A stretch of 64,000 nt of DNA from Leucoraja ocellata (GCA_036785375.1 JAWMAR010000079.1:2108001-2172000); one strand, 5' to 3'. Shown: positions 25,271 to 39,727, counted from the stretch's first letter. The notes: a model not told the origin generated them from the letters alone. A program made the numbers and translations.

Positions 25271-26687
25271 TACCAAACTGTGCCAATAAGGTATTTCATT
25301 AAGTAAAACAAAGATTTGTAGCTGCGACATTTTCCTCGAACAGAAAAGCCTGGTAATCAAAACTATTATTTCTTTCTCTTTCTTGATCTCTAGTGAGTCA
25401 CTGCTTAATTCTTTCTGCAGGGCACTCCATTGCTGAGCTGCTTCATTGGGTCTTCATTAGATTTTCATCAGTGCTTGACAAGCTACCTTCAGGAAAGATG
25501 TTTCACTTGGCTGGGGAGCGTAGAAGCAGAGAGCATATCTTAGATATGGGGAAAGCTGTTTACGGTTGAGGGAAATAAATATGTCTTCATTCAATGGCTG
25601 GTGAGTCTTTGGAATTCTGTATCCCAGGGGTCTGTGGAGGCTCAATCACTGAGTTCATTCAACGCAGGCCGATAGACTTCTTGTTGTTCAGAAAATCAAA
25701 GCATAATGGAATGGGTAAAGAAAATAGTAATATAGATGAGTTATGATCTTCATGAATGGTGGGGTAAGCTCAAATATGCAAATAACCTAACACTAGTCCT
25801 ACTTATTTTTGAATGGATTTTATATAAAAATGAATCCTCCAACAACTGGTGTCATGGGAGATAAGGTGCTTAGGGATATAATTCCAGAGCTTGTGACCCA
25901 GGCAGCTGATGACACAGTTACTCATGATCATGATAGAATTATTAAAATGGGGGTTGACCAAAAGGTGAGAATTAGAGGGCCAAATTTTAACCCTTTATCA
26001 ACATCACTTTAAAAGGTTTATTGGCCATTCGTTATATCACTGGTTATGGGATCTTGCTGTGCTTCAATTGTTTACCACGTTTCCAACACCACAGCTGTGA
26101 CTATATTTCAAAATGTTGTTTCACTGGTTGGACAGAACACTGAGTATCCTGAACCTTGCTTTCTTACTTCATACTAATGTTCAGAACCTAATCTAGTCCA
26201 GACCTATTGGGAGAACTAGGAACCCAAATCACATAAAAGATAAGAGGTCTCCCATCCTGTGTCTGGGGAGTATTTGAACCCAAGCCCCAAAAGAGAGAGA
26301 CTCAATGTCTAATCTGTTGCGTCATCCACTATCCTCAAGATCATGTGTTGCTATTATTCAGCCTGTTTTAGAGGATGTTTATTTTTTACAACCGCTGACT
26401 GTTCACTTATCAGTCTTGATTTTCACTGTTGAGATAAACAGGTTGTTGCATCCATAACCAGTTCCGGACGTATTTGTATTTGTCAACAGGAATGTCCTGT
26501 TTATTCTTATTCCAACCAGACGAGAAGGAGCATTTTTTGACCAGTTAACAGCATTAACTGTCTTAGAATCATGACTGTAGAATGAAGGCATGTGCCTTTT
26601 GAATTTATGTTGGTTTCTCATAACATAATCCAGTCAGTCACATTGGCCCACTCTTTCCCCATAACTCTACAATTATTTTACCTTCAA

Positions 26688-27448
26688 CATAGAAACATAG
26701 AAGATAGGTGCAGGAGTAGGCCATTCAGCCCTTCGAGCCTGCACCGCCATTCGATATGATCATGGCTGATCATCCAACTCAGTATCCCATCCCTGCCTTC
26801 TCTCCATACCCCCTGATCCCTTTAGCCACATCTAACTCCCTCTTAAATATAGCCAATGAACTGGCCTCAACGACCTTCTGTGGCAGAGAATTCCAAAGAT
26901 TCACCACTCTCTGTGTAAAAAATGATTTACTCAACTCGGTCCTAAAAGACTTCCCTCTTATCCTTAAACTGTGACCCCCTAGTTCTGGACTTCCCCAATA
27001 TCAGGAATAATCTTCCTGCATCTAGCCTGTCCTTAAGAATTTTGTAAGTTTCTATAAGATCCCTCCTCAATCTTCTAAATTCTAGCGTGTACAAGCCGAG
27101 TCTATCCAATCTTTCTTCATATGAAAGTCCTGCCATCCCAGGAATCAGTCTGGTGAACCTTCTCTGTACTCCCTCAATGGCAAGAATGTCTTTCCTCAGA
27201 TTAGGAGACCAAAACTGTACGCAATACTCCAGGTGTGGTCTCACCAAGACCCTGTACAACTGCAGTAGAACCTCCCTGCTCTTATACTCAAATCCTTTTG
27301 CTATGAATGCTAACATACCATTTGCTTTCTTCACTGCCTGCTGCACCTGCATTCCTACTTTCAATGACTGGTGTACCATGACACCCAGGTCTCGTTGCAT
27401 CTCCCCTTTTCCTAATCAGCCACCATTCAGATAATAGTCTACTTTCCT
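26688..27448 (-). mobile_element. CR1 LINE ORF2 3' fragment (relatively young)
   Basis: ORF 26942-27400 QRDLGVMVHQSLK...RPHLEYCVQFWSP...EGVQRRFTRLIPG; (acataga)n tail. Confidence 0.93.
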
Positions 27449-27909
27449 GCAAATTCCCTATGGAATACCAGGTTAAACCTGTGTCACCGTACCTCCAGAC
27501 ATCAAAGATTTTCCACACCTCACCACTGAATTGTTTGCCTGTCAATTTAATTCTGCACTCCCTGGTCATTGAACTATCCGCTAATGGGATCAGCTTTCAT
27601 TCCTCTGACCTTATCAACAATCATCAAGGTCTTGTACATCTCTGTCAATCTACATTCCTCCAAGAACAGTTCCAGCTATTAACAGTTTAATCCAATGACT
27701 GAAATCCGTCTTTCTTAGAACCATTGCAATAACATTTCTCGTTTCTTCAAATTTTTAGTTTTGGCTTTATGTTGACTACCAATATCATCCAGTCCAATTC
27801 CATTCCTAGATATTTGCCTTTTATTTCTGGAGGCACCTCATATTTATTTCTGAACCCTCTGTAATCTCTGTGTTCACCCTCCAGCTGTATAAACCCAAGG
27901 ATTTGACAT

Positions 27910-28001
27910 AGGTAGACACAAAATGCTGGAGTAACTCAGCGGGTCAGACAGCATCTCTGGAGAAAAGGAATGGGTAACATTTTGGGTCGAGTCCCTTCAG
28001 A
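27910..28001 (-). mobile_element. Solo Penelope pseudo-LTR insertion with 14-bp TSD
   Basis: caaggatttgacat (27896-27909) and caaagatttgacat (28002-28015) flank the insert. Confidence 0.75.
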
Positions 28002-28871
28002 CAAAGATTTGACATTCTGTCTAATGTTTGGAGACAGTTAATGCAGATTGAATCTAGAGGAAATTAGATCATATTGAACATTAAAAAAATTGTAGGGTTA
28101 TAGAGAAATGTTCTCCCCTATTTTAAAAAGCTCCTTAACTTCTGCCTACCTAGCAGCAATATACCCTTTTGTAACTTGATTATGTGATAGTTGTTTCTAT
28201 GAAATACCTGGGTTATCTCATTGGAGACGCAGTTTAATATTGAATACAACGACTGCACCAAGCTCCAAGTAGAACAAGAGAAAGTAATGTCAAGGAAAAA
28301 CTCTCAACCTCTTTTCCTTATTCCCATGTTTCCCTCCCTCTCTTCCTTTCTATTCCTCCCCCCCCCCCCCCCCATACTCTCCCTCTCCTATTCCTTCTGT
28401 CTCCTTCGCCCCCTTTTTACCCTCAAGCTCATTTTCATGGATTCATGTTCTGCCTCCTTTTTCCTTAACCCTAAACTCCCTCTCCACCAGCTCCAGTTCC
28501 CAGTTTCAGACACCCATCTCTTTAATATTGCAAAGTTGTAGGAAAACAAGGAAAGGCATATCAGAGGTCAGGAATTGTTTGCTGCACAGTTGATGCAGAA
28601 AATATTTAATTGCGTCACTATACCACTTCCAGAAGCAACGGACCTCCATTATAAAATCAGGAAAAAATAGTAAGTTCCATCCTGTGCTTTGTGAAGCAAA
28701 CAACATTGCTTTAACACGCAATACCATTTTTAATTTACACAATGTTTCCTGTCAGTTGTTTAAGATTTCTAATGTTTATATTTCTTGATAATTAATTTTG
28801 CTGCACTTTCTCCCTCTCTGCAGGGTCTAGTCTACTGTTATTTCATTGCCCGACTCACAGACAAGCATTCT

Positions 28872-29100
28872 GAGTTAGATTTTGCTCTTAGGGTTACAGA
28901 ATGAGTTAGATTTAGCGCTTAGGGCTAACGGAAATAGTTAGATTTAGCTCTTAGGGCTAATGGAATCAAGGGATATGGGGAGTAAGCAGTAATGGGGTAC
29001 TGATTTCGGATGATCAGCCATGATCATATTGAGTGGCTGTGCAGGCTTGAAGGGCCGAATGGCCTACTTCTGCATCTATTTCCTATGTTCAATGTTCTAT
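28872..29100 (+). mobile_element. CR1 3' tail with a triplicated ~32-bp 5' junction
   Basis: 3 x gagttagatttagctcttagggctaa-like unit, then ggaatcaagggatatgggg...ggccgaatggcctac. Confidence 0.8.
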
Positions 29101-29393
29101 TCCAGTAGGATCCAGCAGGGAGAGAAAGCAGGCATAAGGACATGTTGGTTTATTATTGTTGGAAATGATTGTCACCAGCAATTCTCATTGCCCGTCCTAT
29201 GCTGACTATCCCTAATCAGCCTTTGCCCATCCAAATGCCTGTATATCCTATCACTCAGAACACTCTACAGTAACTTACCAACTACAGATATTAGGCTCAC
29301 CAGCTTATAGTTCCCAGCATTTTCCCTGCAGCCCTTCTTGAAAAGAGGTACAACATTTGCCACCCCACAGTCTTCCGGCACCTCTCCTGTCCA

Positions 29394-29790
29394 CAGGGGT
29401 GGAAATCGGTATCAAAATATGGGTGGGACACAATTTGGGGGGGGGCCACAGTTTCTTGGTGGCCGTGTGCACGCGCATACACAACCACGCAAGGCTTTGG
29501 CCTTGGGCCCTGTGGACGGTAACATCGGGAGCTAAACTGGATGGTGACCGACTCCGAACTCCAGCAACAGCAGCTTCTTCCACCCCGAATCGTGGGACTT
29601 GAATCGGCCCGTTCGCAGGGCCTTTCATCGCCCGGTGCGGCTTAAAATCGGCCGGCGGCAGCTTCAACATCAGGAGCCTCGATCGCCTCGATGCAGCTGT
29701 TTCGATTTTAAGCCACACTGGGCTATGAAAGACCCCGCGAATGGGCCAATTCAAGTCCCGCGGTGGAGCGTTTAAACTTACGGATGATCA
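29394..29790. mobile_element. GC/CpG-rich non-autonomous element, possibly hAT-like left end
   Basis: Abrupt GC-rich block beginning caggggtggaaatc; no matching right TIR found. Confidence 0.35.
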
Positions 29791-29969
29791 GAGGCCAGTA
29801 TTGTAGAAGCACAAATGTCTCAGGGTGTTGCAAGGCTGATAAAAACTACAGGTAGAGGGAGGGGTGATAAGAGGGATTTTAAGACAGGCTGAGAATATTA
29901 AAATGAGGCCTTGTTTAACCGAAACACAGTGTAAGTAGTCAGCAATCAAAGGGAGGAATATTAACATGT

Positions 29970-30790
29970 CTTGTTTAACTGAAACCTGTACTCCCAGATC
30001 TCTGTCCTGCAGCACTCTCCAGGATTCTACCATTTACTGTGCGAGTCCTGCCTTGGATTGGCAAACCAAAGTGCAACACCTCACACTTGCCAGTGTTAAA
30101 CTTAATATGCCATTCCTTTGTCCACCTGCCCAAATGAACTTGATTATGTTGTAAATTTAGATATCCTTCTTCACTATCCATAATATCAGCAAATTTGATG
30201 TCACCTGCAAACTTAATAACAATGTTAACTACATTCATCCAAATTGTTACTGCAGATAACAAGCAACGATGGACCCAGTACCAATCCCATTGGCACTCCA
30301 TTGGTCACAAGCCTCAAAACCCTCCACTACTTTTCACTGGTTCCTCCAAGCCAATTTTGAATCCAATTAGCTACCTCACCTTCCATTCCATTCCGTGTAC
30401 TCTAATCTTCCTACCTAGCCTACCATGTGGGAGTTATTCAAAGGCCTTACTAAAGTCCATGTACACAACATCTATTACCTTGCCCTCTGCAATCTTCTTG
30501 GTGACCTCTTCAAAAAACGACCCAATTTATGAGATAGGATTTTCCATGCAGAAACCCATGGTGACTTTCCCTAATTAGTCCTTGCCTTTCCAACTGCTGG
30601 TGAATCTTATCCCAAGAATCCCCTCTAACAATTTACCAAATACCAACACAAGATGATAAGAATAAGTATATCCTTTTATTCTGAAGCTGTGCCCTCTGGT
30701 CCTAGACTCTCCCACTACTGGAAACATCCTCTGTACATCCACTTCTCAGCCCTTCATTATTCTGTAGGTTTCAATGAGATCCCCCCTTTG
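29970..30790 (-). mobile_element. Degraded CR1 RT fragments
   Basis: ORF 29975-30301 KFAGDIKF...WHIKFNTGKCEVLHFG; ORF 29788-30033 QDRDLGVQV. Confidence 0.8.
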
Positions 30791-31169
30791 TAACTGCTTT
30801 AAAACTTGCAGAATTATGGTCACTGGTCCCAAAGTGTTTCTTTACTGAGTCACTTGCCCAACCTCGTTCCCAAACAGGAGGTAGTGTTGCGTCCCCTTGA
30901 CATATTGATTAAGGAAGTTTTCTTGGAAACATTTAATAAATTCCAACTTGTCGAAACTTATTATCAATAATTGCTTTATCCTGAAGCAAGCCTACGCACT
31001 CACGCTCAGAGTAAAGCAGTGTGATGTCCAAATAAAGGTTTGCAACCATTCTGCAACGGAGGTTTTGAATTATCAAGGAAACAAGTTATTTGAAATGAAC
31101 AAATTGTAGTTTTGAAAAATCGTCAAAAGACTGATCATGACCAAAATACATGCAACATAAACTGGCCTC

Positions 31170-31415
31170 ATGGTGGCTCGGCTGCTGCCTCACGTTGCCA
31201 AAGCCTCAGGTTTGATCTTGACCTTGGGTGCTGTCTGTGTGACCATGTGGTTTTCTTCCACATCCTAAAGACCTTTGGACTTGTAGGTTAATTGGCCTCT
31301 CTGTAAATTGCCCCTGGTGTGTCGGGAGTGGATGAGCAAGTGGGAAACATAGTCATTAGTGTGAACTGGCGATTGATGGGTGGTGTGGAATGGCCCGTTT
31401 CCTTGTTGTATCTTG
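31170..31415 (+). mobile_element. Degraded HE1-type SINE
   Basis: ctgctgcctcac...ggtttgatcttgacc..ggtgctgtctgtgtg...tgtaggttaattggc...gtaaattgcccct. Confidence 0.7.
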
Positions 31416-33589
31416 CATTCAATTAATCATCAACATGAAACCAACCAATTGTGACTGGCCAAATATTGCTAAGAATTTGGAAGAAATGGCTCCATGTGCA
31501 GAATTTGCCAGCATTGCAGACCAAATCACCCAAAACTTCACTCCATAGATGCTGCTGCACCCGCTGAGTTTCTCCAGCATTTTTGTGTACCACCCAAAAC
31601 ACAATATCACCATGAAAGTGGTCAATTCAACATTCCAATGAAGCCATGTAAACTTTTGTCAAACAGAAAATGACAATTTCCTCATCCTTTTCAATGCATA
31701 TTTAAATTGGATCGAAGCCAGACATATGCGTATTTGTATGACATTATTTGAAGAATTATCGTGCATCTTTGAAATGCTTGGAATACCAGAACTAGAGTTC
31801 AGCAACGGAATACAATTCACATAGCCATTGCTTGTGAGATTCAAGCAGTTCAGTTTAGTTTATTTAACAACGTACAACATCGAACATTGACTGACTCCTC
31901 GGTTAACATCTCATATTCAATAAAACCATGGAGATACTGTATATGGGTGTTAAGAGGAGCTTTAAAGAATGCATGCAATTTCAGTTTCTCTAGATATAAA
32001 TGGTCATCTTCTTGTTAAATACCACACTATGCCAGACTGTACCATTGGTTTCAGCATAACAAAGCAATTAATGTATCATTACCTTTGTACCCGAATGACT
32101 TTATTGTTTTCGATCTTCGATGGGAGTATAAGGACGGCAAAGATAGCAAATGTGCCGAGATACCTAAAGAAAGGCAATATTGACAAAGTGGGAGTCAGAA
32201 TCACAGGATTGGTAACACATACAAGACTCAGAAATAGAATACAACTTCTCGACATTCACCCTGTCAATTCTCTTCAAAATCTTGTATGTTTCAATATGAT
32301 CATCTCTCATTCTTCTAAACTTGAATATAGGCCTAATCTGCTCAACCTTCCTTCAGATGTCAACACCTTAATATAGGTGACAGTTGATCTCGAGGACTTC
32401 TTCTTCGTTTGTCTAACAAGGAGTGTAAAGAGCCCAAGAAAGACTGCAACCTTTCTCTGGAACTCATCCTTGAATCCAGTTGACTCCCTCCTGTTCCCCC
32501 TTTCTATCTCTCACTCACACTACAACAAAGCAGAGAAAAAGTTCAATCCAACTTGCTCCCAGAATCCGTCTGCCTGTAAGAAGTGGGTAGACCTAGCCAA
32601 AAGCAACCTTGACTTGTAAAAAGACTCCAGTCATGCTGGAATCACATTCATGTGACATTGGATTCTAAATCTAACGCAATAACTCTGCAGGGGTGGGGGG
32701 GAAATCAAAGCTCCGGTCGGGGAATCGGGTGTCCTTTGGTTCACAACACATTTTATTCTGGAGCCATGAATGGAGATGGAATAAACGGGTAAACATCAGC
32801 AGTAAACATTGTGGGAAAGCGTATAGAGTTAGCAGCAGCAAACAATAAGGAAGTTAAAATTAACTTCCCAGGGTCACATCTCCATTTATGCTATGTTACA
32901 ATGACCCATGTAACACTGTCACATTTAGCACTCAATTTTCTCAGAACATATCTAGAGTGCAAATCATGTATTATTGCAAAATTATTAAAATTTATATTAT
33001 TAAAATTTATGTTTGTTTATTTTTATTCACCTCCTGCACCATCCTCATTGGAATATTCCACCACTCCCCACACACCATCCAAAGTGGAAGCATCTTCTTT
33101 AAGTCTACTGTAATGGATCATTTAAGGCAAACACTACAATGAACATAGCCCAAACGTCTGTTCAATAGCAGTGTCTGCTGAAGAGCCGTGTCCCTGGCAG
33201 TCCCAGCCTGGGTGTGGTTGTAATTGGAACGGCTAGAGTGGCAACTCCCCAGTCCAACTTGGCACCACATCTCCCCAGAGTTTACCTCAGCAGCTTTCTG
33301 CATAATAGACACCAGACACTCCAGACACTTGAACTTGCTTTGCAATGTTTTTTCACTTATATTCAATGTATGCAATGCTCTGCCCATCTCATTGCGGCTT
33401 GGGCAATGGTCCCCATCGCACTCATAGTAATACAGCAGAGAAACTGGCCATTCAGCATAGTTATAAATCATTCCTGCCCATGTACCTTCACAAATGGTCT
33501 TTTCAATGTCGTTGTTGTACCTGTTTCAACTGGCAGCTTGATCCATAATCCAAAACTGTCTGTGTTAAAAACTACCACTCCTATTTAGT

Positions 33590-33995
33590 TTCCTATTAAA
33601 GCTTTCCCCTCACCTCAAACATATACCCTCTACTTATTGATTTCCTCAACCTTGTAAAAATACTCTGTGCATTCACCTCATCTATTCACCTCATGTTTTC
33701 ACACATCTCCATAAGATCACTGCTCAGCCTTCAGCTCCACGGAATTAAATCTTAGCCTGCCTCTCCCTATAGCTCACTCTCAAATCCCAGAACCATCCTC
33801 ATTAATTTTTCTGCACCTTTTTTCAGCATAATGGCATCTTTCCTGTAGCAGGGTGACAAAAACTTTATCCAAATATCCTAAGTATGGTCTCATCAACATC
33901 TTGTAAACATAACTTCCCAATTTTAATACTGGGTTTCCTGACTGAGGAAGGTCAGCATACCAAAAGTCTTCCTCACCACCCTATCTACAAGTGGC
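33590..33995 (-). mobile_element. Degraded CR1 fragment
   Basis: Colinear with the 2110-2480 CR1 (cctattaaa..ttcccctcacc...gggtgacaaaac). Confidence 0.7.
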
Positions 33996-34437
33996 ACCAC
34001 TCGAAGTTGCTCTTGTGCATCAACTGCACTGCTGATTTAACAAATTATATTTGTTCATCAGTAATCAAACTGTACATACCAGTGGATGCATTAGGATCAG
34101 CAGCAATGCCAGGCCATTAAGTTCATCATGCAATAGTTTTAGTGAGTCTGGGGTTTGTGCTAATTCAGTCCTTGCTTAATGGCACATAGCTTGGAATTGG
34201 CAAAGAGATAATGATGCGGTTGGCTCTTAAATGCCCTATGAAACATCCGATCAAATACCCAGATCAAAAGCAATTAGGGGGTGGAAAAAAATGAAATAAT
34301 TAATTTGAAGAAATTTGGATTTGACCGTGGCATAATGGGGTCTACAAATTCAATTTTTTCTTTGGCATGCGTCAGTGAACTGCAAGTCATTTTCTGCAAA
34401 GTGGAGACTGATGGAAAAATTGGCATACCTCTGAATT

Positions 34438-34780
34438 AAGTTGCCAATACTCCAAGATTATCCTGGAGTTTCCAAGAATTGAAGATTAAACAGATGAACA
34501 TTGCCAGAAGCAAAAAACGGGCAAAAAAAAAAACAGGATTATTGAACAAAAACTGTGTTGTTTTCGTTTTCTTTGAAAACTTCTATTTGGTTCGAAGGTT
34601 GCTGGCGATGGGCAACTCATTAACAATCAAGGGGAATCCAATTGGCTAATAAAGTCAGCCTGCATTCCTATTGGCTTTGAGAAGATGATTAAACCAATAG
34701 CGTTAAGAGCGGGATGATTTAAGGTGGGAGGTCATGTGATGGATGTTCCTGGTAAATGACCAGCCAATACTGGCAATCCT
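34438..34780. mobile_element. Old hAT-like MITE
   Basis: Degenerate inverted ends aagttgccaa ... ctggcaatcct; similar left end at ~54263. Confidence 0.35.
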
Positions 34781-36899
34781 CCCTGAAATAATGGGATGAG
34801 ATTTGACTTGGGCAGTATCACAAAACAGGTGAAGTCAGGTTTGCTGCTGAATAGACACTGCTTTGATATTCAGCACCATTGATTTCAAGGCACAGCATGA
34901 CTGGAATCCCCCATCCTTCTCCAAAAAAAGCATCTCAAAGAAAGGACATGCAATCAATACAGGCCACAAAAATAATGTCTATAAATGCTGAAGCACACAT
35001 GCCTAAAATCTGGAGAGCATCCATTTTTGGTTCTTTAAACATGGTTACATTTCATACTAACTCCCAATTGGGTCCCATGTAAAAGAAACAAAAAACTTTT
35101 TTTTTTAAATCACAAAATTGGCCTAAATCCAATTTGAAACAGTGTTTGGGTGGTTTATGCTCAGAAACAAACACCAAAGTGGGATTTCATCCAATTTTGC
35201 ACATCTCTCAAAAAATTTACTGCACAGCAGTAAGAGAAGGATTCATGATGTTTTAAAGGCACAGTCCTCAGGGAGACCAACTAGCGAATATACATTTTAT
35301 AGCTGCCGTGGAAAGAGAGTTCCAATTAATTCAGGAGTTAGGTCATTTGATTCAGGAAAGCAAGCTTACCAAAAGAGGAGGCTGGCAGGCTGGAACAATG
35401 CTGAAAGAAATATCATGACACTGCAAGAAATTTCAAGGTGGTCTCCACACCCTTTATAACTGCTGAGTAGAGCCCCCATGGGGAAGTGTATTTAACGTGG
35501 TTTATGTTCCTTTAGCAAGGTACCATTCATCAGAAAATGCAGAAATGTTGAAGCAAGCCATCAAAGTAAATGAAGCAGGGATTTATTCAACTGCTTATCC
35601 AAAATCAATGCAGGTAAAAAGGATAGTATGATGTGATGGAATTTTATGGGTTATTGGTGTTAAGGTTTACACAATGGAGAAGCTCATTTGTTTTCCATTA
35701 GCGAATTTATGTTGCGAGATCCTAATGATATTCATTATCCAAAAGGACATTTGTCCAAGAAAAAAGTGTGACCACTTAATGCAGACTTGAGAATCTAAGT
35801 GTCATGACGACTCCCATGAAAGTTGCAGTTAATTGTAACAAAGTTTTGCATTTCTTCCGCGTCTTTCACAAGCATTAATATATTTGAAGCGCAGTCAATC
35901 TTGTTAAATAAGAAATGTGACAACCAACCAACAAGACCTCATGGATGGTAGTTTAACAAAGCAAGCCTCATATAAATGCAGATGCTGGAAATTTGAAATA
36001 GGATCACAAAATGCTAGCTTCAATGGAGAAACAGAGAAAAAAAATTCATTACAAAGACCCTTCATCAGAATTTGACAACAGCTAATTTAGTTTTCAGTGA
36101 TGTTGCCTGCAAGTATTGACCACATCACTATGGATAATGTCCTTGCTCTTTAAAATAATTCTTTGTAATCTTTACATCCATCTGAGATGTCAAACATCTA
36201 ATCTGAAAGGCAGTCATATCTATAGGAATTTCACACGAGTTCTTTGAAGTACACTTGACAACATTAATCTGAAAACAGCAGTGACAAATAAAATAGTACA
36301 TCATAATAATATTAGGGACACAAATTACTGCAGATACTAGAATTTTGAGCCAAAAACAGTGTTGGGAGACCTCAGAGGCCAGGCTGCACATGTGAATATG
36401 GACAGATATGTTCTTGCCCCACCCCTCCACCTCAAATGTTCTCCTCTCTATTCCATCAGGCTGAAGCCCCAACCCAAAACACTGTCTGCTCATTTCCCTC
36501 CATATATGCTGCCCAGGCTGCTGAGTTCATCCAGCACTTTGCTTTTTGAATATTATACTGTAATACTGCTGCTTGTGGAAGCCCGTTGTGCAGAAATTGG
36601 TAGCCTTGTTTCTACATTACCAATGAGACTACACTTGGGGAAAAAACATGACATGCTGTTAACAGCTCTGGGATGTCCCGAGAATAAAGGTATAGTGGAA
36701 ATAAATGTTTTACAAGATATCACTGCCAAATCTAATTCCAGGTTCATCTGACACTTGCACACAAGGAGGGTTATACTTTGAACTGTTTTTTACTTCAATT
36801 GAAAATAGGGAAACCTGCAATTAATGGACAGCATATCTAATATCACCTGTCACAGACCGCAGTTTCTAAACTGCCTCTCTGGGAATCCCTGGAGAAGAG

Positions 36900-37283
36900 C
36901 TCTGACCGCCGGCCCGCGGCCTACAACATCTTTTGAAGCCGCGGTCTGCTGTGCTTCTAACCAGGGCGCAGCGGGGTCTTAGATCTTCGACCGCCGGCCT
37001 GTGGCCATCTTGAAGCTGCGGTTTCCGGTAGGGAAGCACCGATTCAGGACTTACCTAGTCTGCACATTTGGTCGCCCGCAGCGGCGACTGTGGAGGGTGG
37101 TGGTCCCGACCACGGAGGAAAATGGAGGACTGACTAAACCTTGTGCCTTCCACCACAGTAATGAATGCTGTGGTGGATGTTTGTGTTAAATTTTTATTGT
37201 GTATTGTGTGTTCTTTTTTATTGTACCGCTGCTCGTTTCACTGCACTTTATTGTGTATGTGACGAATAAATCTGACTATTGAC
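36900..37283 (+). mobile_element. GC-rich SINE-like retroposon with Rex1-type tail
   Basis: CpG-rich head with an internal repeat (gaccgccggcc...cttgaagc.gcggt x2); tail tttcactgcac...gtgacgaataaa. Confidence 0.55.
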
Positions 37284-38204
37284 CTCTCATTTCCTTCCCC
37301 TACCTGCGCATCTACTAGCAGGATAGCGAAGGGTGAAAATGTTAGTAGATTTACCCTTTTATCTTCGAATGGTACTTATCCCAGTTGAGATATGATGACA
37401 ATAGTTATCTAACTCAGATTTGCAGTAATACAACACTGTAAATGGTCTTTTCTCATCCTGCAAAAAAAATGTTATTGACATCATCGGTTCATAAAGAAAA
37501 CTTCACTAATGGAGCTGCCCTTGGAAATTTGTTTCCATCCTGATCTGCTATGGGATGACATGCAAGCCATGTTCATAAAGAATATGCTGATGTCAGGTCT
37601 CAGTGCAGACTGAGGTCAGGAGAGGCTGTTTCATTGCTCGTTTCTTATCAGCCTTTTTAACTGGCTATACGATACCACCAGAATTGCAACTCCCAAATTA
37701 CCATGAAGGCCCATTGTCCGGGCAATGTTGCAGTATATGCCTGGCAAGCATAGCCGTGGTGTCCTCTGCCGCTGCTGCTCCACCGTTGTAAGCCGTGTCT
37801 GGTCAAACCCCAAGCTGTTGCAGGGCCTCCAACCGGCCCACTCCGTCACCACTGCAGTGCACTACTATCCACAGCCAGTCAGGCAGCAACTCTGGAGAAC
37901 ATGGATAAGTGACAGTGCTGGTCGAGACCCTTCTTCAGTCCCTAATCTCTAGTACAATCACGACAGTTCCTAGTTCGGTAGCTTACAACACAACAATATG
38001 AATATTGAAATCTCCAACTTTAGGTATCGAGTCAAGATCTACCAACCATTTATCACAATGTACAGACATCTGCATACACAAGCACTCATAGACTGAGCTC
38101 TAAGTCATCATTAACTCCTCTACTGAACAGTACAAAGGAATGGGCCATACACCAAATATCCAGAAAACATAGGTTCTCACCATGCCTTCCCGTTGCCCCA
38201 CTAG

Positions 38205-38780
38205 AACATTTAAAAACCTTTTGGACAGGCACATGCATAGGTTTAGAGGGATGATAGACTAAGTGCAGAACCATTGGGTCTGCTCCCCCTATGCAATATT
38301 CCACCACTCACCCATTCCCCAAACGCAACCCGTTCCCCCAACGCAATATTCCACCACTCACACATAGCCCCCAACTGCGCAGGCGCAGCTCATTTCCTCT
38401 CATCCCCCAGCACTCCCTCCTCCTCCTCTTCATGGGAGACCAATCTGCGTGACGGCGACTGTTAGGAGAGGAGACCAATCTGCGCATGTGCTGATTTTAA
38501 GATTTTTAAACCTTAATAACTTTTAAAATACACCATCGATCGGAACAGAACTTGTTGCCCTTGTAGCACAGGAGAATGGTGAGCGAAAAATCGTAGTGCT
38601 ATTGTGCACCGTTCTTGCGCAAATAGAAAAAAAAGCAAAACCGGAAGAGGACAAGATCAGAGATTTTGTTATGCATGTATAGATGGACCAAATGCAGGCA
38701 GATGGCATGCGTAGATAGGGCATCTTGGTCAGCACGGGCAAATTTGGATCGAAGGGCCCGTTTCTGTGATGTATGACTCC
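38205..38780 (+). mobile_element. CR1/HER1 tail split by a Helitron
   Basis: ggtttagagggat | atggaccaaatgcaggc joins across the insert. Confidence 0.75.
38254..38683 (-). mobile_element. Non-autonomous Helitron
   Basis: 5' A|TCTATAC...aaaatctctgatcttgtcc; 3' hairpin gcagacccaatggttctgc then acttagtCTAT (CTAG variant); no TSD. Confidence 0.75.
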
Positions 38781-39085
38781 AATTGTCAACATCCATGACT
38801 AGATTACGGAAAACAAATTTCCATATCTTGACAGCCATTTCTTGCACGAGTTGACATTGATGAATAAATTAACGTCCACCTCAGCAACATGGCCTTCGGT
38901 CAACTGGGGAGATAGGTGCTTGACAATTAAGATTACAAATGCACCAAGCTCACGGTCTGCCAAGCAGCAGAGATTTTCAAACTCTCTCAGTGCTTTTAGG
39001 AGGTCCAGAGATATGAACATTCTGAAGCAAGCACCTCAAATCATTAAGAAACTCAAACAACCTTGCCAAATAAAACCCATCAACT

Positions 39086-39727
39086 CATGCAGGTACAGCA
39101 GGCAGTGAAGAAAGCGAATGGCACGTTGGCCTTCATAACAAGATGAGTTGAGTATAGGAGCAAAAAGGTCCTTCTGCAGTTGTACAGGGCCCTAGTGAGA
39201 CCACATCTGGAGTATTGTGTGCAGTATTGGTCTCCAAATTTGAGGAAGGTCATTCTTGTTATTGAGGGAGTGCAACGTAGGTTAGTTCCTGGGATGAGGA
39301 CTGTCATATGTTGATAGAATGGAGCAGCTGGGCTTGTATACGCTGGAATTTAGAAGGATGAGAGGGCATCTTATTGAAACGTTAAGGGTTTGGACATGCT
39401 AGAGGAAGGAAATAGGTTCCGGATGTTGGGGGAGACCAGAACCGGGGCCAGAGATAAGAAAAAGGGGTAGGCCATTGAGAACGATGAGGAAAAACTTTCG
39501 CAGAGAGTTGTGAATCTGGGGAATTCTCTGCCTCAGAAAGCAGTGGAGGACAATTCTCTGGATGCTTTCAAGAGAGAGTTAGATAGAGCTCTTAAAAATA
39601 GTGGAGTCAAGGGATATGGCATGAAGGCAGGAACGGGGTACTGATTGTGGATGATCAGCCATGATCATATTGAATGGCGGTGCTGGCTCGAAGGGCCGAA
39701 TGGCCTACTCCTGCACCTATTGTCTAA
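39086..39727 (+). mobile_element. CR1 LINE ORF2 3' fragment
   Basis: QVQQAVKKANG...RPHLEYCVQYWSP; tail cctactcctgcacctattgtcta. Confidence 0.9.

Noticed and set aside
33118-33588. Overlapping 117/124-aa ORFs as a host exon
   Set aside because: No recognisable protein similarity or convincing splice pair; one end runs into CR1 sequence
34869-34890. REST/RE1 site (ttcagcacc)
   Set aside because: Only the left half-site is present
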